Below, one piece after another: positions 15,101 through 28,894 of a stretch of 64,000 bases of DNA. The notes below the pieces were generated by a model that did no database searches, was not told the origin of the DNA, and saw only the letters and a program-made list of their open reading frames with translations. Every line of letters begins with the position of its first letter. Positions within the stretch are counted from its first letter, which is position 1. Both the position numbers and the translations under genes were made by a program. Origin of the DNA: Paragordius varius. Its lineage: Eukaryota > Animalia > Nematomorpha. The DNA is taken from positions 2,418,001 through 2,482,000 of the forward strand of contig OZ176054.1 in the NCBI GenBank assembly GCA_964247055.1, written 5' to 3'.

Positions 15101-18100
15101 ATTGGCCCTAAACCACAATATCAAATGCCAGTTGGCTCAACTCCTATTAGATCAGTTTCAGAAAATTTTCGTAAAACAAAAACTAAACGCACTCCATCTG
15201 CCAGATTAGATCCCCAATCTCCATACTATGCACAAAATAATGCGCATGTTCAAGACCAAGGAGAATATGGTATAAACTCTATATATTTTGCGTCTAAATT
15301 TTTTATTTGGACCAAATAATATGACTAGCGACAATATTAAAAATTTTAAGCCTCCTAAATTTGGACTTATTTAGTAGGCCATAAGAGATTTTTTACTGCC
15401 TAAAGACTGTATGCGTTAATATATTTTTGCATGTTAATAATAATTTGTAAAAAATAGTTATTAAACTAAATAAATTTATATTTTTTTTTATAATCCGACT
15501 TTTAAGGTTCTCATCAACGACCCTACGCAGAAACACATCTGCCCTTACATAGTACGCCTGATATGAAGCCAAGACCCAAAACACCTAGTGGAACTAGATT
15601 TGTTAATTATGATTACACACCTAGTGAAAGAGAACCGCTTAGCACTGGGCGATTAAATTACAGGGAGCACCCAGTTAGAGATGAACGTGAAAATCAGGTG
15701 TCACGAGACATTATCGTAAGCCAATAACTTTTTAATGTAAAGTATCAAATATAAAAAATAAATAAATGGCTTATTTACACTTTTATCCAAACATCTATTT
15801 CTTAGTTCAAAAACTATTGTATATCGTTAAATAATACCATATTGCATTGCAACAAATTATTGGGTCACGTACTTTTAACAAAATAAATGAATCATTTTTT
15901 AACTAAACTCATATTTATTTTTTTACCATTTACTGCAGCAAAAATCTCACATGGAATATCCATCCATTGTTGAATACAGAAGCCACGAAGTGAATCGACC
16001 ACCAACAGATAGATCGCCTCAAAGGGAAGTTATCCAACATACACCATCTCATGCGGTTAGATATGGAGATGGGAGCGGATTTAACAGGTCCTATGACGAT
16101 ACCATTGCAAATAATTTTGCCCAAAGTTCCAGGAACCCTCAACATCCACAGCATATGACATCTATGGCGATAACAACCTCAGCCGATGATAATTTGAATC
16201 GGTATGATCCGCTTCGGGGTATATACCATCCAAGTCGTGATAATTTAGAATTTTATAGCAATGTGTATAAAACAACAACATCAACTAACAAGCAATATCA
16301 TCACAAAGTCATGAGAGAAAATGTGCCCAATGATTTAACTGGTGTTTGTAATCGCTTACCTCTGCACCAAGAAGAATCGTTCAAAAACTATCCGGTTGAG
16401 AATTTTGGTGGAAAAAATAATAATAATAATTGGAGATTACAACAAATAGCTAGTCGTGAACTTCCCATACATTCATCATCCTCACCAATTCAACCTAAAA
16501 ATGTAGTTGTTAACAGTGATTATGAGATCGGGAGAGATTTCCGCCGCGCCCAAACACAATTTTTACAGCCAGCCATGGGCTTAGGGTATCCCTCAGTGAA
16601 TTACCAACAAATTGAAAGTTTCCACAACGCAAATAATCATATTGATTCACACGCTTACAATTTACCACCGCCCATAATAAGCCCAAATAACCAGTATCAA
16701 AGGCCAGCAAACCAAGAAATCGATCCGTTTTCCTCTGAGACTTTGTCTAATAATTATATTCAAAATCAAAGAAATCATACATTTGAACCACATGGTTCAA
16801 GTTTTGCGTCACCCCTTTTGGAGGATCAAATCGGAGGACATGGTCTGATTGGAAATCAAAATATTAGTAATACACCATTAAAAGCAAAGCAGCCCACTTC
16901 CAACCTAAATTTGGAACCGGATTTTAGAGCTTTTTTTCTGGAACTTGATAGGTGTAGAAGTATCTTGGGCCAAAAATATATGACTGCGGATCCTAATAAC
17001 TTTAATAAGACTGGTTCCAACAATGCTAATCACACTGCCAATGCCACGCTATTTTCTGGGACAGAATTACGAGAGTTAACGGACATAGCTCAACAGTTTT
17101 ATGAGTATTTGTGTTACACAAGCCCATCCCAAAACAAAACATCGATAATGAATAAAATTAATACGCAACAACAAAAAGGATTTGAAGCATTACCACTACA
17201 AAGTAGTAAGAATGATTCATCCCAAATAGGTGTTCATGATCCTTTAGTTCAGGTCAGACCAGTTACTATTCATCACAAGACAGTGGATTCCACAGCTAAT
17301 GACCCACAGATTACAGCACCAAATAATTCACCCAATTCACCTCAAAGTCCCCTTTCGGATGAAGCCACGACGAAGAAAAAATCCAAAAATAAGGAAGGCG
17401 TGAAAAAGAAAGGAACACTAGACTCAAGTTTGTAGTTTGGCATAATTTTATTTAAATTTGGTTTTTTATATGAGACATTATGTGGTAAAGTATATGTCAT
17501 TTATCCATATTTCTTTTAGATATTATTAACCGAGCGTTGCGAAGTTTCGACTTTTTGAGCAATACCGATAAACAGCTGTTTGGGGAATCAAAAACAAAGA
17601 AAGATTCAAAGTAATGCCATAAATTAATTAATGCTTTTATTTCAAAATTAATTAAATTTTTATTATAAAAAATCTCGTATTTTAGGAAAGGCAAAAAAAT
17701 CGAAAATCCTCCAAATACCCCATTAACTGTGGCACCTTTAGTAAAACCCTTAGGTTCAGACCCGCTCTCTTCTCCCTCCAATATAAATGCAGCTAGTCCA
17801 ATAAATCCTAACATCAGCGGTAATAATAAAAATTTAAGCACACCACATTCGATGCTAAATACCCTTGACTCTGGCTTCGATTCTTCTGGAAGTGCTAGTT
17901 TGGAACGGATAAAACATAAAGGAGGATCCCATAATAATTTTATCAGTAGTCCCCTTTTTAAAGGTATCATATACTTGTTATAATTACAATCGAAAAAATT
18001 ATGTATGATTATTTAATAATTTTGTGTGTGGCTTTAGAGGGTATCAATTTAAGGTTAACGACTCATGACCAATCTTTGGATATGTGCTTGAAAATACATT

Positions 18101-20355
18101 TGGCCCAACTTGTACAAACACTGAAAGCTTTGTCAATTGAGGTGCCTAACATTTTTAATAGTTTATAAATACTATTGTTTTACAAAAAAATTATATTTTT
18201 ATGTTAGAATACGCGAACACATGAACAGGAAGGCATAAGTAACTTCATTACCTGTGGAAAACTTCTGAAAGTCATTAAAGTTCACAGTTTATGTCTAGAA
18301 ATCTATTTTGAGATTGCCACACATCAAGGTTCAGCAAATGATCTCAATGTTGTCCAAGCCATTTTAAACAGTAAAATATAAAATATAGTGAAATATTTAT
18401 ATAATTTTTTGATAAAAAACCAATTTTCTCTCCAAAATGTTAATATTTTGTCTTTATCTTTCTAGAATATACCAATCTCAATGGTTGGGGTAATATCAAT
18501 CGTATAGTCACATTCTGGTCTAAAGCTTTGGCCTCCAAAAACGTTGGGTTAGATTTTGGAAATAAATCTGATAGCAGAATGAGCCAAGAACAACAAATAT
18601 TGCTTATAAATCAACAGGCTTTTGAAACGGCGCTAGAAAAGGAATTTCTACCATTCCTGTTAACGTTACACACACAACAAGTTATATCCTTAGGTAATTA
18701 GGAATTTACATTCAATAAGAGTGAGTAAAGTTTGTTTATCTGAATATGTATGCATAAAGGACCGCAACTAGAACCACTTTCAAAAATAAATTCAAAATTA
18801 TTTCAAACGCGTGTTAATCATATGATTTAATGACAATTTAAGTCATAGGGGGATACACATTAGTAAATTTATAAGCTGTACAAATAAATAGGGCTTTTAA
18901 TAATTATACAGCATATTCACATTAAAAGTCAATATTTTTTTTAATTTTAAATGCAATACATTTTAATTATTTATCAGTCTTCCCAAAAATTTGTGCCGAG
19001 ATGCAGAGAATTATTATTTTCCCACCGGGTATTTCGGTGTCACATCTACTGTCAGAATTATCCAACCCAAATATTCATGATCCCGCTTCACCAAACCTGG
19101 TCCTTACTTTGGCCAACTATATAACACTCCTGCAATTTGTGTTTTACATAAAGCTAAACAACATAACTGATTTCAAGGCTCACCTGGATGATATAGCCAA
19201 AGAATGTAAATATTATATTTAATTATTCAATACTGATTTAAAATATATCTCGTATATTTAATTTTAAGTTTTGTTAAATTTTTGATACATGGTATGTCTA
19301 TTTATTATTTAATTCAAAAGGTAACATTCATAAAAATAATATTTTTATAATAGTGGAGTTTCGGGAGATGTTTAATGCAGGAAACCAGAATGGTCTCATA
19401 AAATACGTATTAGGGATGGGAACACGGTTACCGCCTGCCAATAGTTTTGATCTCGTGTGTCGACTCTTATGTAATAATGAAGAAATACATAGATTTACTG
19501 GTATAGTAATTTATATATACATATATATATTATGAAATAATTAACTAAAAAAACTTTTTTATAGTCTCATACTTACACGGGTTAGCTCATGACCCAATAA
19601 AACGGAAACGAGCTATATACCATGCTTTGGCATGTTTAGAATCAAAGGATGTCATTATACGATGTGGAGCATGCCGAGCTTTACAAAACTTAAAAGTATT
19701 TATATCAATATTTGTGTTTTATAATTGAATCAAACTTAAAGTTTCAAAATCATACTTATTTCTATATATTCAGGCAACAGAATCCATTAGTTCACTTCTA
19801 AATACGTTTACGGATGATCCCAATGTCCGAGTGAATGAATCAGCCAGAATCGCTCTATTAAACCTCGGTCCTGCTGGAGTCAAAGCGTACGAAAATTTTG
19901 TTAATATAACCGCTAAAAATAAGTTGCATGGTGTGGTTTCATTAACTAGCTCTAACCCAATTTCTTCCTACGTTGTTTCTAACACGATTACTACTAATTC
20001 TAATTTTAACACTCCTCCTAATCATGAATATAATACGTCTGATTTGCATGAGAAACTGTCGGATCAAATTTATCAAAGCAACCCAAATGAATCAAATAAT
20101 AGCTATCGTATTTCAGACAATGATGATTATAAAAGAATGATTAGCTTAAACAACTACTTTGATGATGACGTTTGGAAGGATAAAATAAATTCTGACATAT
20201 ATGATAAATTGCGAGATAGACCAAACAGTTTGGTAACCAGTGATTTTTCAAACACTTTTTCCACTTATGTTGCGTCTTCAAGCAGGGAATCACCATGGCA
20301 ACAACATCAAAAGAGTTGGTTTACTAACAATACTAATACCTATGATAGTCAGTAG
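9200..20355 (+). CDS. RIPOR: RIPOR/FAM65-family protein (RHO family-interacting cell polarization regulator), ~2191 aa, 20 exons
   Basis: Exons 9200-10134, 10809-11209, 11412-11640, 12846-13246, 13454-13630, 13791-13969, 14174-14319, 14387-14608, 15034-15269, 15507-15715, 15939-17427, 17520-17610, 17686-17963, 18038-18141, 18208-18370, 18466-18693, 18978-19205, 19354-19500, 19565-19695, 19774-20355 (6576 nt, all GT-AG, phases consistent). PL48-domain motifs LKHLEYHGTKVDRLYDDY, VSGYARVGAGDQFQIETKYG and GSLKLNVLFFWNP match recalled FAM65 RLEFHISKVDELYEAY and [20 protein letters not shown]. Also ALRSFDFL and a C-terminal HEAT/ARM region (GACRALQNLKATESI...ALLNLGPAGVKAYE). Paralog not assignable; start codon inferred. 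Confidence 0.88.
10175..10449. mobile_element. Tc1/mariner-type MITE (family B, copy 1) in RIPOR intron 1
   Basis: TA|CAGTAAAAATTGAAATTATACGGACAAAACGTAAAAATATAAAGA ... TCTCTTTATATTATTACGTTTGTCCGTATAATTTTAGTTTTTACTG|TA; ~45 bp TIRs and TA flanks. Confidence 0.85.
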
Positions 20356-21984
20356 TTTTAATCAAATATATATTTAATCTTTTTCTTTAACCCATATGCT
20401 TGTTTCTTACGTCTTTGTGTTATACCCTTAGTATTTTAATATATAGGGTTAAGTTTTGACTAAGCATAAAATATAAACAGTTTAACTGCTTAATAGTGCG
20501 GTCGTTCATGGTCAGAACCAGTCAATTAATGATTTTAACCAATTAAATATATTCATTTTATTAATATAGCGTTATCATTATTTGAACGAATAAAGATGAA
20601 TTTTCTAATTCTTAAATTATATTAATGTTTCATACCATAGTATATAATTAATTTTATATTATTTTAAAAACATATTAAAATTTTAACTGAATATTTTATA
20701 TGGCCCGTGTCATGATTACAAATAAGTTCACAACCGGTCAGACCTAACGCGACTAATATATTATAATCTGCCTTGTATACATTAATTTAAGTTAAAATTG
20801 CTATAAATAAAATGCATGCTATTATTAGTTAAATATCATTTTTTTGCTGAATATATAAAAATTTTTTAACCAAAAATTTTGTATTTTTAGTACCAGTTGA
20901 TTCTGTGCCCATTAGTGTTTTCCATCGACCACCAGGAATTAGTGATGTATAAAACGAATGATATGATGAATATTTCAAATACCCATTTTATATATAAATG
21001 ACAAATTTGTAAAAGTTATGCAATATTGACGTACGCAAAATTATATATATATATATATATATGACATTTATTTTGATATTTTGAAATTGATTTGACATAC
21101 AAAATATTAAATATATTTATCTGCTTTGTCTTACGTTCCAAGCTTCCGTTAATTTAAGATCCTTCCATTTTGAATTTCTATTTCCCCCTTTATGTGACAT
21201 ATATGACTAAATTATGTGGTTATGCAATTTTATAATATTATTTTATTTTCAAAAGAAAAATATGCAAGCAAAATTATTTCGAAATTGTGCAACACTAAAA
21301 CATGACATTGTATTTGTATTATTACAATATAATATATTATTATAAAGTAAAAAATCAAATTAATAAATTTATTTTAAAAAGATTTCTAACCATTTACAAA
21401 AATAATAAAACTTAAAATTACCATTATTGATAATATTAAGAAGCTTGCCCCATAAGAACATTAGATTTGGTAATTGAAAACTTTGGCAGCTAATTTAATA
21501 AATATATCATATAAAATGAAGAAGTATAATGCATCTATATTAAATAAAATTCTCAGCGGTATATTAATAATTTGATTGATATTTTGTTCAAAACTCAATG
21601 GTTTTAATATCATTATACATTCTGGCATTTATTTTTGATAATTGTGGGATATTAAACCAAAAATATATAATTTATACAAAGATAAAAGGTAGCATTTGAG
21701 CTAAATAAACCATTCTTACATTATATCAATAATAGAAGTTATAAAAAAAATTTTGAACTAACAAAACATACCTTTTTTGACATTTATTCTAACTAATAAA
21801 TTGAGCTAATCTGTGGTCCCAAAATTAAAAACAGTAAGTATAAGAATGCTGACACATATTTATTGCCAGATATCTATCTATATTTATAAGGAAAAAGTTT
21901 AAGGACCCTCATTTGTAATAAAACAAGATAAAATTCAAATTGTTTCAAGATTTTAAAAAATATGGCATTTTAAAACTTACAGTG

Positions 21985-24900
21985 CTACACACTAATACTA
22001 TATTTAAAATTTACCATATTTACATGGGTAGTTGTTAATGGATTTATACCCAACGCATTACGATAGAGTTGAGGTGGAAAAACGCGCTCAAACTTTCTTA
22101 GCACGGTTGGAATAACCATCGTTTCAAATAAATATTTCATTTCTTGAATCTCCAAATATTCTACAGAGGCGTTTTCATCTTTCTCCAATGTATTGGTGGA
22201 TAAAAGTCTCAAGTCAAATTTGCTAAAAAATAGCGAAAATATAAAAATAAAAAAAAGGTTTTGTGAAATAGAATTTTCAGATATGATTTGATAATAAGTT
22301 TTGGTTAAATAAAGTTGTATGATCCTCTAAATAACATAATTAATGGATATAATTTGCATCTATAATTTTTAAATTAAGAAAAACCTAAACTCACAATACT
22401 TAAAGAAAGAAATTAAATAACATCTAAAATTTTAAAATTTAACTTTTTATCAAAAAAGGTCATAACGTAAATATTGAATAATATTTCCTAAAATTGAGTT
22501 GATTATATGGGATGGGTGGGTCCACTCTCCATATACATTTACAAATATAAACAAAGTTATTACTCATAAAATTGCTCAATAGCATGCCAAGTTTCACCCA
22601 TCAATTCTTGTATTTGTTTCAAGCAAACCGGTTGTAAGAAAAAATATGACGGTAACTTTTCCAAACTAGCCCCAATATCGATATGGTCTTGCTGATTTTC
22701 GCTAAAATTATTTTGATCCATATTGGCGATGGAATGTAAAAAATTATCGATTCTCAGGATAAATCTTTCAAGTATGATTGGTAAAGTTGCAGAATAATTT
22801 TCTTCTTTTATTATATTTTCTAAGGTGTTTGAGCTGGTGGTGATGGCTAAACAACAAACATTATGTTGTTTTGTGTGTAAAAGATGGCAAATTTCACGCG
22901 ATATATTTGATGTTAAATAGGGGATATGTTGAATTACACAAGTCTTAAGTGTGATGTTAAATTGAGTTAGGACACAATGAAAAGTAGATTTTTCAAGTAG
23001 GATTTTATTAAAGGAATCCAAAAGTGATTGACAATGATTTTGGAAAGATTTAAAAGCATAATTATCGAGAGTTGTGACAAAATTGGGGCTAAAATTATTA
23101 ATTGAATTATTTTGAATGGTAAAGTTAAATTTTTTTGGTGCTGGAAAGGTTTGTTGAACTACACTTTGGAATAAGTTGTGATAGTTAGTAAACTGTAGGC
23201 AAAAAAATAAAGTTGAAATAATATAAAATATACGATTATTTTTATCAAACGATCATAAATAATTTTTAAGATAAAAAACACCGTAAAAATTACTTTACTT
23301 AGCTATTACCTAATAGAGATAATTATGAATGAAATTAAATAATATTTGCTTGAAAAATGGGGACAGTTTATAAAAAATGAAAATTTTTATTTAATACTTA
23401 ATTAAAAAAGAATAAGAGAGAAATAAAATTTATCAAAAAGGAGGTTACCTCAAAAGTTAACCAGGATTCCAGTATGTTATCGTATGCAATAGTGTGCGTT
23501 AATTCGCTATTTCCTCCGGTTTCAATACGACTTATTCGGCCAAAAATAGCATTGTAATTGGATAAATTATCCAATAAATGTTTCCTAACCATATCAAGTA
23601 TCATCAAATTTTGAGGTTGAATATGCATCATGGTGTCTATAATATTTAGGAGCATATTTTCAAATATATCAAAATAAAGGGAGCAATTTTCGAATACTAT
23701 TTCTTTTAAAGGAACCTATTTAGATAAAATGGTTTAAAGCGCCCAAAATTTATTTATTTTTCGGTTGTTACTAAGTCGATCCAACTAAGTGCAACATTAA
23801 AATTATATCTTTTCTACTCATTGAGTATATCAGGTCTAGCGTTTAGATCGGCTAATGTTTGGTTTGCTTTTTTGAGGATGTTATCCATCCACCGAGTTTT
23901 TCTTCCTCTTTTACGAGCACCATTCATTTTTCCCAGCATCAGTGACTTTTAAGTGAGTTAGATCTCGTATTGTGTCCGAAATAGGAGAGTTTTTGGTGTA
24001 TTAGGCTGCCAAGTAGTGACATTTCCGGGGGATTAATTTTATTTAAAATAGTAGAGTTAGGATTTTGCGACCATTTTGTTTGGAAAAGTTTCCTCCAAAC
24101 CCATAGTTCAATCGAAATCGTTCGTCATATATTTTCAATGTCCAGCTTTCGCACCCATATAGTAATGTGGGGAATATTGTTGCCTTGATTAATCCGATTT
24201 TGGTTTTTAATTGAATATCATCATGCGACGACCAAGTCTTATAGGATTTAAATGCAACTGCTTCAATGACTATTCTTCATTTTATTTCTGGAATAGAGTA
24301 GTTGTCATAGTTTATAATACTGCCCAATTACGTGTAACTGTTTAAGGTTTCAATAAGGCATATTGAGTGGGTTGTTTGAGTCGAGTTGATTTGTATTACT
24401 TTTGTTTTTTAAAGTTAATTTTTATATTTGTTGCATTCAATTGCTAATTGCAGAACTTGCGATAATGTGTCGATATTGTCCGCATATATAAAGTCATCTG
24501 CATAATGAATGGATGTGAGCAACTTATCTCATACGTTGATGTCAGAAGTTTCTTTCCTTAAAATAATACAGTCGCTAAATACCATTTCCTAACCACGATT
24601 CAGGCAGGTTTCCGAAAAGGAACATATAGAATTCACCAAGGAACTGCATATGCGCTTTGTCGAAATTTTTCAAAGCATATGATTATTCAATCGAATACAA
24701 TAAATTACAAACATCCCCTAAAACAACTTGGAGTATAGCCCCATCAAATCAACGTCATATCAATTTACTTAAATCTCACAGCTCAAGTATCTACACCTCA
24801 CGATATAACTGATTCCAAGGTGCAAGTCGGCTTATGCCCAGGCTGCGTTTTATTCCTAATTAACGCATATCTCGAATACATTCTAAGAAACATATGGCAT

Positions 24901-26221
24901 ACACATAAGAGGAAACTTAATCAAATCCGTTCATTAGGCGATGACACAGTTATATTCGCTGACAGTGTAGACACATTATCGCAAGCTCTGCAATTATTTA
25001 CAACTGAATGCGATAAATACGGATAAAAAATTATCTCTAAAAAAACAAAAGTAAATAAGGTCTGCAAAAGTTTGATTTAAAATTTTTATTAAGGCATTTA
25101 CAGTAAAATTTAATGGAGAATTTGTTATACAGTAGCTCGTGTCATAAAACAAATATTGTTTATAATTAAATTAACAAAATAATTTAAAATTGGAAATGTT
25201 ATATTTCAAAATTATGTTGATTTTTTATACAAAACTGGGTTGCTCATTTTATTATGTGAATAGACCAGAATAAATATGCATATTGTAAGACAAATAATTC
25301 ATACAGGAATGTCATCAAAATAAAATAGTTTATACTCACTCAATAAAAAATCTTCAATAAATATACTAAAATTAAAATAAAAAAATATTCTTAGACACCT
25401 GTTTCACCCAATTTAAAAACCAAAATTAATTGTTGAGCAAAAAATAAAAATATGCAATACCGATTTTTGTTTCAGGAGAGACTTGCTGACAATGATTTTG
25501 TTCTTTTTGAAAACTAATGATAACAAATAAAAGCTACCTTATACAATGTTGACGGATATTTGATCTGAGTAATTTACTTACAGATTTCAAATATAAGAGA
25601 CGTAATGCAATTTCATCGTTCTTAAAAACTGACATTGACCGTAATAATGTAATAATTTTAATTGAAGTAGTTAATGACTCTAATTTGGATAATTCTGTAA
25701 TGCATGTTTCAATTAAATGCAGATACATTGTATGGGCAAATTCAAAAGTTTTCTCAAGATAAATGTTAAATAATACTTCAATATGTTGTGAATTGCTTTC
25801 GGATTTCATAAATTTTAACTGCAAATATAATTTGTATACAGACTCATAAAGTTTATTTTTCAAACAAGTTTGCATCAATTTAGGAATTGTGCAAATATCA
25901 TTAATATTTTTAACATTTTCGGCCGCGAATGTTAGTGCTGTATATCTATTTATAACAGTAAAAAATTACTCATTCCTAATCGCACCCAATTTCCCTTTAT
26001 TGTCAAGAAGCGACTTATGTACAGTTGGCAAATACGCGTTAAATTCTTGGTTTAATATTAATATATCATTTATCTAATCATAGTTAAGCAGAAAAAACTT
26101 TGCTTTTTGCTTCAGTATTTTTAGAAATGATGTTTAATATCGTACTTTGATTGCATTTAACATAATTTCCAATTTCCTTGTCAATTTCACCCAATCTCTG
26201 TTCTATGACCGTAGTATCCAT
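21985..26221 (-). CDS. COG8: Conserved oligomeric Golgi complex subunit 8 (Dor1 family), divergent, ~574 aa
   Basis: Exons (minus) 26221-26099, 26073-25970, 25945-25582, 23715-23449, 23192-22564, 22222-21985 (1725 nt). Matches to recalled COG8: ICTIPKLMQTCLKNKLYE ~ ILEIPQLMDTCVRNSYYE; IITLLRSMSVF ~ VIGYLRRMDVF; VRKHLLDNLSNYNAIF ~ SRVHLFDIITQYRAIF; IPTVLRKFERVFPP ~ VPYLNRCLQVLFPP. The extreme 3' end could include a further exon. Confidence 0.8.
23830..24300 (-). mobile_element. Degenerate 3' fragment of an RTE-type LINE in COG8 intron 3
   Basis: Minus strand reads KSLMLGKMNGARKRGRKTRWMDNI, the same C-terminal motif as LMTGKVEGSRKRGRYKMRWIENL at ~38085-38155. Boundaries approximate. Confidence 0.6.
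24590..25060 (+). mobile_element. Degenerate LINE reverse-transcriptase fragment in COG8 intron 3
   Basis: QAGFRKG (~24601), QVGLCPGCVLF (decayed GVRQGCVLSP) and GDDTVIFADS (decayed YADD); ORF 24820-25026. Confidence 0.7.
25946..25969 (-). other. 24-nt micro-intron (COG8 intron 2)
   Basis: GTAATTTTTTACTGTTATAAATAG. Retention gives GAG TAA; removal gives ...GAIRNEYTALTFAAENVKNINDICTIPKLM, in register with COG8. Confidence 0.85.
26074..26098 (-). other. 25-nt micro-intron (COG8 intron 1)
   Basis: GTTTTTTCTGCTTAACTATGATTAG, with an in-frame TAA. Removal joins ...NTEAKSK|INDILILNQE. Confidence 0.75.
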
Positions 26222-26791
26222 TTCGCATGCGTTAATTTATAATAATAAACATGTGTGCAACATTTTGACAAATCTGTTCCCAGGTATCCAGAAAAGGCTG
26301 TGAAAGTTCATTACCGCCACCGTTATGGAGGAGCCTGTTCGCCTTACCTTTTAGGGTAAGCGGAACGTTACTTCATCCAGTAATATATTCAATGAAACGT
26401 ATAATATCATGCATATGATACGCAAACAAAGAAACATTTAAATTATTGGTTTACCTAAGGCGCTGAAAAACCATCAAATTGACATGATTATTTTTGGATC
26501 GACATACGGTTGAACCTATAAGTAACAATAGGGTATTGTGATAAAAGTAAATATCCTTGGATATAAATTTATTCAAATTTTTATAATTACCAATCGATTT
26601 TTGAAGCAGAAATAAGCATTATATCCAGTTGGTAAGGTTTATGACATAAGTGGTCATAAATTAATGATTAAATTTCAACCAGATTAAATAAGTTTGTAAC
26701 TTAATTTGGTTTTTAATTCAATTCGATGAATAGTGAAATATTTTTTGGCTGTAAAAAAGAATTTGATTTCCAATATAATAATATATCCTTG

Positions 26792-28894
26792 TTCTTTAAT
26801 ATTTTCTAAAACTGGATACAAACACATTCATAGTCCTTCGATTCGAATTGGGGTAGTTAAATACCCCAGACCTGTTTAAAATTAAATTTTAAATATGGAA
26901 GAAATCAAAATCATGGCAAAATTTTGCACTTATATAACATTAATAAACCGAAATATATAATAAACTTTTTTTCAAAAATACTTGATATTACTTATTTTAA
27001 GCTAAAACCGAAAGGTAAAAATTTAGTCAACGTGACATGTGCTTAATGTGACCAGATAGGCTGTTTTTCGCAGTACAGTACTGGGTTTTCAGAAAAAAAC
27101 TGCGCCAGTACTGCGCCCACTTTTGTACTGCTTTTTGAAAGTAAAAAAAATTAATTTGTTATAAATTTATATTAATTACCTTTTATTAATTCAAAAAAAT
27201 TATTTTAGAACTTAATTATATAGTACCCTCAATAAAAATAACCCCATAACTTGAAAAGAAATGGTTCATTTTGCGGTAATAAAACTAAGATTGGCCTATT
27301 ATTAATTATTTAAAATTTTATTTTCTGCTTGAATTATATATAAAACTTAGGATTGCAGCCTTTCGCGCAGTGGCGAAACTATCTCGGACTCCATACCGTA
27401 AGATTCAGGCAAATGGCTCTTTCACTCAGGGCTTCCGCAAAAAGAGGTGCCTCAAAATTTAAAATTAACAAAATTAATTTATGATATTTTGAAAAATGTT
27501 TGATCAAGTTTAGAAAGCTCATTTTTTGTTATAATTATCAAACGGAAAATTATATAGAAAATTGTTATTCCCTTAACATATTATATAAAATTTATTATAT
27601 ATGGCATATATCAAACCGGTTTTCGTATTAAAAAATTAAATTTTTACGTTTTCTATACTCATTAGGTGGGAGGTATGATAATACTTAATTTCCTAAACTT
27701 TAATTTTTATTAATTTATTTATTGTTTTACATAAACAAATTTGAGATATTTTGTTGAAGCGTACTTCTTACGATTTTGAAGCATGATGGAAACGGTGTAA
27801 GCTTTAAGATATAATAAATACCTTTTTCTAAATAATTCGATTAGGTTTAGAAGTTTAATTTAAAAGTTTGTTTGCTTGCAAATTTTGGAGAATTTTTGTA
27901 AAAAAAACAATTTTTATTTAACATAAATTTGCAAACGAACGAATATTTTAATCATAATTTTGATTGATTAGCAGTATCGAATTATATATATAAAATTAAC
28001 ATCTGAACCGTTTATATCGTTTCCATATGCTCAAAATAATACAAAGTACGCTTCAACAAAATTTTTCTAAAATTAAATTTATGAAAGTGTGTATATCAAA
28101 ATTTAGTATATATTTAAAATTATTGCACAATGTCGGAATTTTTGCCTTTATTTTAAGAGAACACTCCATTTTAAAAGAGCCAAAAAATTTGGGACTTTCA
28201 GAACCCACATCTAAAAATTTAAAATGATTAAAAACATTTTTTGCTTTTTAAATGTAGTTTATGTTATATTTTAGTGATTTTTTTTGAAATAAAGCATTTG
28301 GCTTTCAGCAAAAAATATATTTGAAAAAATTGCGCACTTGCAATTTTATATGGAGCACCTACCTCAAAAGTGTAAATAACTTTTTTTAATACTCGTAAAG
28401 GTTAAAACTAAAAGCACCATGATAATCCTGAATTTTGCTATCAGAATATATATATAATTCATCAGGATATTTTGTGGAAACTGTGTAATATACCACACCG
28501 ATGGTGTAAAAACAGGCAAAGTATGTTTTAATTTTGTGCCGCGTCTAAGTTCAAAATATCTGGTTACATTACATGTGCTCAATAGTAAAATTGAAAAATA
28601 ATAAAATTAAACCCTTTTTCTATTTAAATCAATGTTAGATGCAAATAAAAAGTAGCTTTAATTTTACCCTCAAAATTAAATGAAGCCCATATTTTTCAAA
28701 AATTTTGTAAAACAAAAATGGCGTCGAAGTAGTTTGACATAAAACTTTTTTCAAAACAAAATTTTTAGATATTTTGGCATATTTATATAATTTTTATTAG
28801 GATAGAATTATTTTAAATTGGGACTGCTTTCTTCGGTAGTTTTTTAAAAATCCTAACTTGTCTGGATTTAGATACTCCAATTTGTATAGAAGTG
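26792..28894 (-). mobile_element. Family A MITE copy 2 (inverted), split by a hAT insertion
   Basis: 26792-27043 and 28572-28894 are reverse-complement homologues of 428-945; the right end is GAAGTG|TTAA. Confidence 0.75.
27044..28571 (+). mobile_element. Non-autonomous hAT (Tip100-like) element, 1528 bp (family D, copy 1)
   Basis: 15-bp TIRs TAATGTGACCAGATA / TATCTGGTTACATTA (14/15 match) and a perfect 8-bp TSD CATGTGCT at 27036-27043 and 28572-28579. No transposase ORF. Second copy at 35951-40071. Confidence 0.85.

Noticed and set aside
9311-17970. Antisense and alternate-frame ORFs over RIPOR exons (9311-9631, 9875-10108, 15930-16154, 16510-16710, 17497-17970 and others)
   Set aside because: Shadows of the coding strand with no recognisable motifs.
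20480-20970. GC-richer islands between the RIPOR and COG8 3' ends that might be small ncRNAs
   Set aside because: No complete snoRNA box set, stable hairpin or known RNA motif could be supported by eye.
21400-22030. Possible further COG8 3' exons or micro-introns, or a small plus-strand gene (GTAAGT donors at ~21836 and ~21981)
   Set aside because: No splice combination gave a convincing open frame with homology; COG8 is already near full length at the 21985 stop.
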